Of a stretch of DNA of 64,000 nucleotides, positions 62,406 through 64,000 are shown in pieces. Made by a program: the position numbers and the translations under genes. The notes beneath the pieces are model-generated. The model was not told where the DNA came from and did no database searches. It saw only the letters and a program-made list of their open reading frames with translations. Source of the stretch: Ginglymostoma cirratum (taxonomy: Eukaryota); contig JAHRHZ010000040.1 in NCBI GenBank assembly GCA_024137785.1, positions 9,184,418 through 9,248,417 of the forward strand. The letters run 5' to 3'. Position 1 is the first letter of the stretch. Each line of letters starts with the position of its first letter.

Positions 62406-64000
62406 CCCACTTAATAGACATCTGCTACAATTACACGCACAAAAGCAAAAGACTACCCTCCAAATGAGAGTGCATTACATAAACTAAGTTGAAATTTCAA
62501 CACCATTCATCTGTATTACGACAATGAGTTGGAACCTCAAAATACTATAGATGTTTTCTATAATTTGACTTTAAAAAGAGAAATAGAATAATAGCTAGTG
62601 CAAAAAAAACTCTGCGTGGGTCTGATAGGAAGTAACATTGAAAGGTGTCAAAGAAAATTCTAACAGGACTGTGATCTCTTATGGCTCCAACAAAAATGAG
62701 AGGCTGACGATCTGCAAACCACCCCCAATGGATTATGCAGACACATGTTTTGTTTCTCCCCTTTGAAGAATACGCAAGCACAGGGTTAAAAGCCAGTGGG
62801 ACGGAACCTTCTCACGTATACCAGACCGAGTGTAATGGATGTGAGTAATCTCGTTCGGTGACTGACAGTCAAAAAACCATCCTCTAGTCGCTCCCTTGCT
62901 GCAGTTAAATACTCTCTTTCACTCAAGAGTGTTGCAAGTGAGTTAAAAAAGAAAAAAAAAAAGGATAATAAAAGCACTCTCTCACCCTAAATGCTGGGAT
63001 TCAGTCATGACCAAAAGGAATCAGAACTACAGTATCTCATCCACTCAGCAATAACTAAGGATCACGAAACGATTGTTTAACGACCGCTGCCGCTAACCCC
63101 CACTGTGATAGCTGCATCATTCAGCTCTCTGTTCTGCACAAAAAAAATGTGCAGACTGATCTATGTACTTTTTAAAAAAACTTTTATCTTTTCAGACTCA
63201 CCCCGTATTACTGATCTATGCAAATGTATTGCAATTCTAGTTCTTCTTGCATCTAGCAATTAAAAATGCACACTTTGTTAACTCAATGCCAAAAGTATTT
63301 ATTGACCATTCCCAACTGCTCTAAGTTGTTGGTGAGCCACCTATCTGAATGGCAACAAACACATAGTGTAGCTGAGAAGTGAGTCCCAAATTTTGGCACA
63401 CTTAAAGATCAATTTTAAACAAAAGTTTAAATAAAAGCACAGAGCACAGGAGATACTCTGGAGCTCTGGGAGCATGTGTGCTGACAGCGTGCGAGCAAGA
63501 GTGAAAGAATGAAAGGGTTCAAATCTAACTCTTCTACGTAACTAATTCAGGCCGAAGAAGTTATAACGACCAAAACTAAATGTTGTTCTCTCCACAGATG
63601 CTGCCACAATTACTTTCTGCTTGCATTTCAGATTTCCAGCATCTTCCAATACTTTTTTCTTACTTTAAATGATCTATTCTCAGCTCTTGCACATCAACAG
63701 CCTTTTATATGGTTGTCATCTAGATATTCCTAACAAGTTTCCATTGGGGCTCCTAAGCTTATTTCTAGGCATTCACATGCTGCATTTACGATTCAACAGA
63801 TCTTACCACCTCCTGTTTCTTCAAATGTTGAAGTTCATCTTCCTCCTGAGGCAAAACGATCAAGATTCAATTGTTGGCTGGAATTACCTGTGAAAACACG
63901 AAGTGAACATGACAAACTAAAACACTGTAGTGCATAACTCGGGAAATTATATTTTAATTCTTCTGATTACATCACAAGTTCAGAAAATGAGGACAAAGAA

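Noticed and set aside
1-64000. Prokaryote-type systems (CRISPR arrays, operons, defence islands)
   Set aside because: The window is intron-containing vertebrate DNA; no repeat-spacer arrays or gene-dense blocks are present.

Overview
Eukaryotic, repeat-rich vertebrate DNA, most likely from a cartilaginous fish (shark); this is inferred from HE1-like V-SINEs and HER1/CR1-type LINEs. One host gene is fully supported: TBPL1 (TRF2/TLP) on the minus strand. It has six coding exons (47304-47170, 41695-41613, 39982-39919, 33904-33801, 33515-33421, 28613-28534), all with GT-AG introns, totalling 561 nt = 186 aa + stop. The rest is mostly mobile DNA: CR1-clade LINE fragments, RTE remnants, Penelope-like elements (PLEs; RT + GIY-YIG), a Gypsy integrase/LTR remnant, a pogo/Tigger remnant and MITE, and several SINE families. 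The most interesting non-coding signal is a set of minimal type-I hammerhead ribozyme motifs (CTGANGA...GAAA, palindromic stem III) in the tails of three PLE-related families, whose stems differ in sequence but keep their pairing. Small inverted-repeat insertions built from these tails carry 11-bp target-site duplications. Hammerheads in PLEs are an established class, so any novelty lies in this lineage and in the mini-element geometry. Nearly all ORFs in the supplied track are repeat-derived or spurious. Repeat boundaries are approximate; exon, TSD and ribozyme coordinates were counted by hand. Comparisons with human TBPL1/SLC2A12 and with repeat-family consensuses are from memory.
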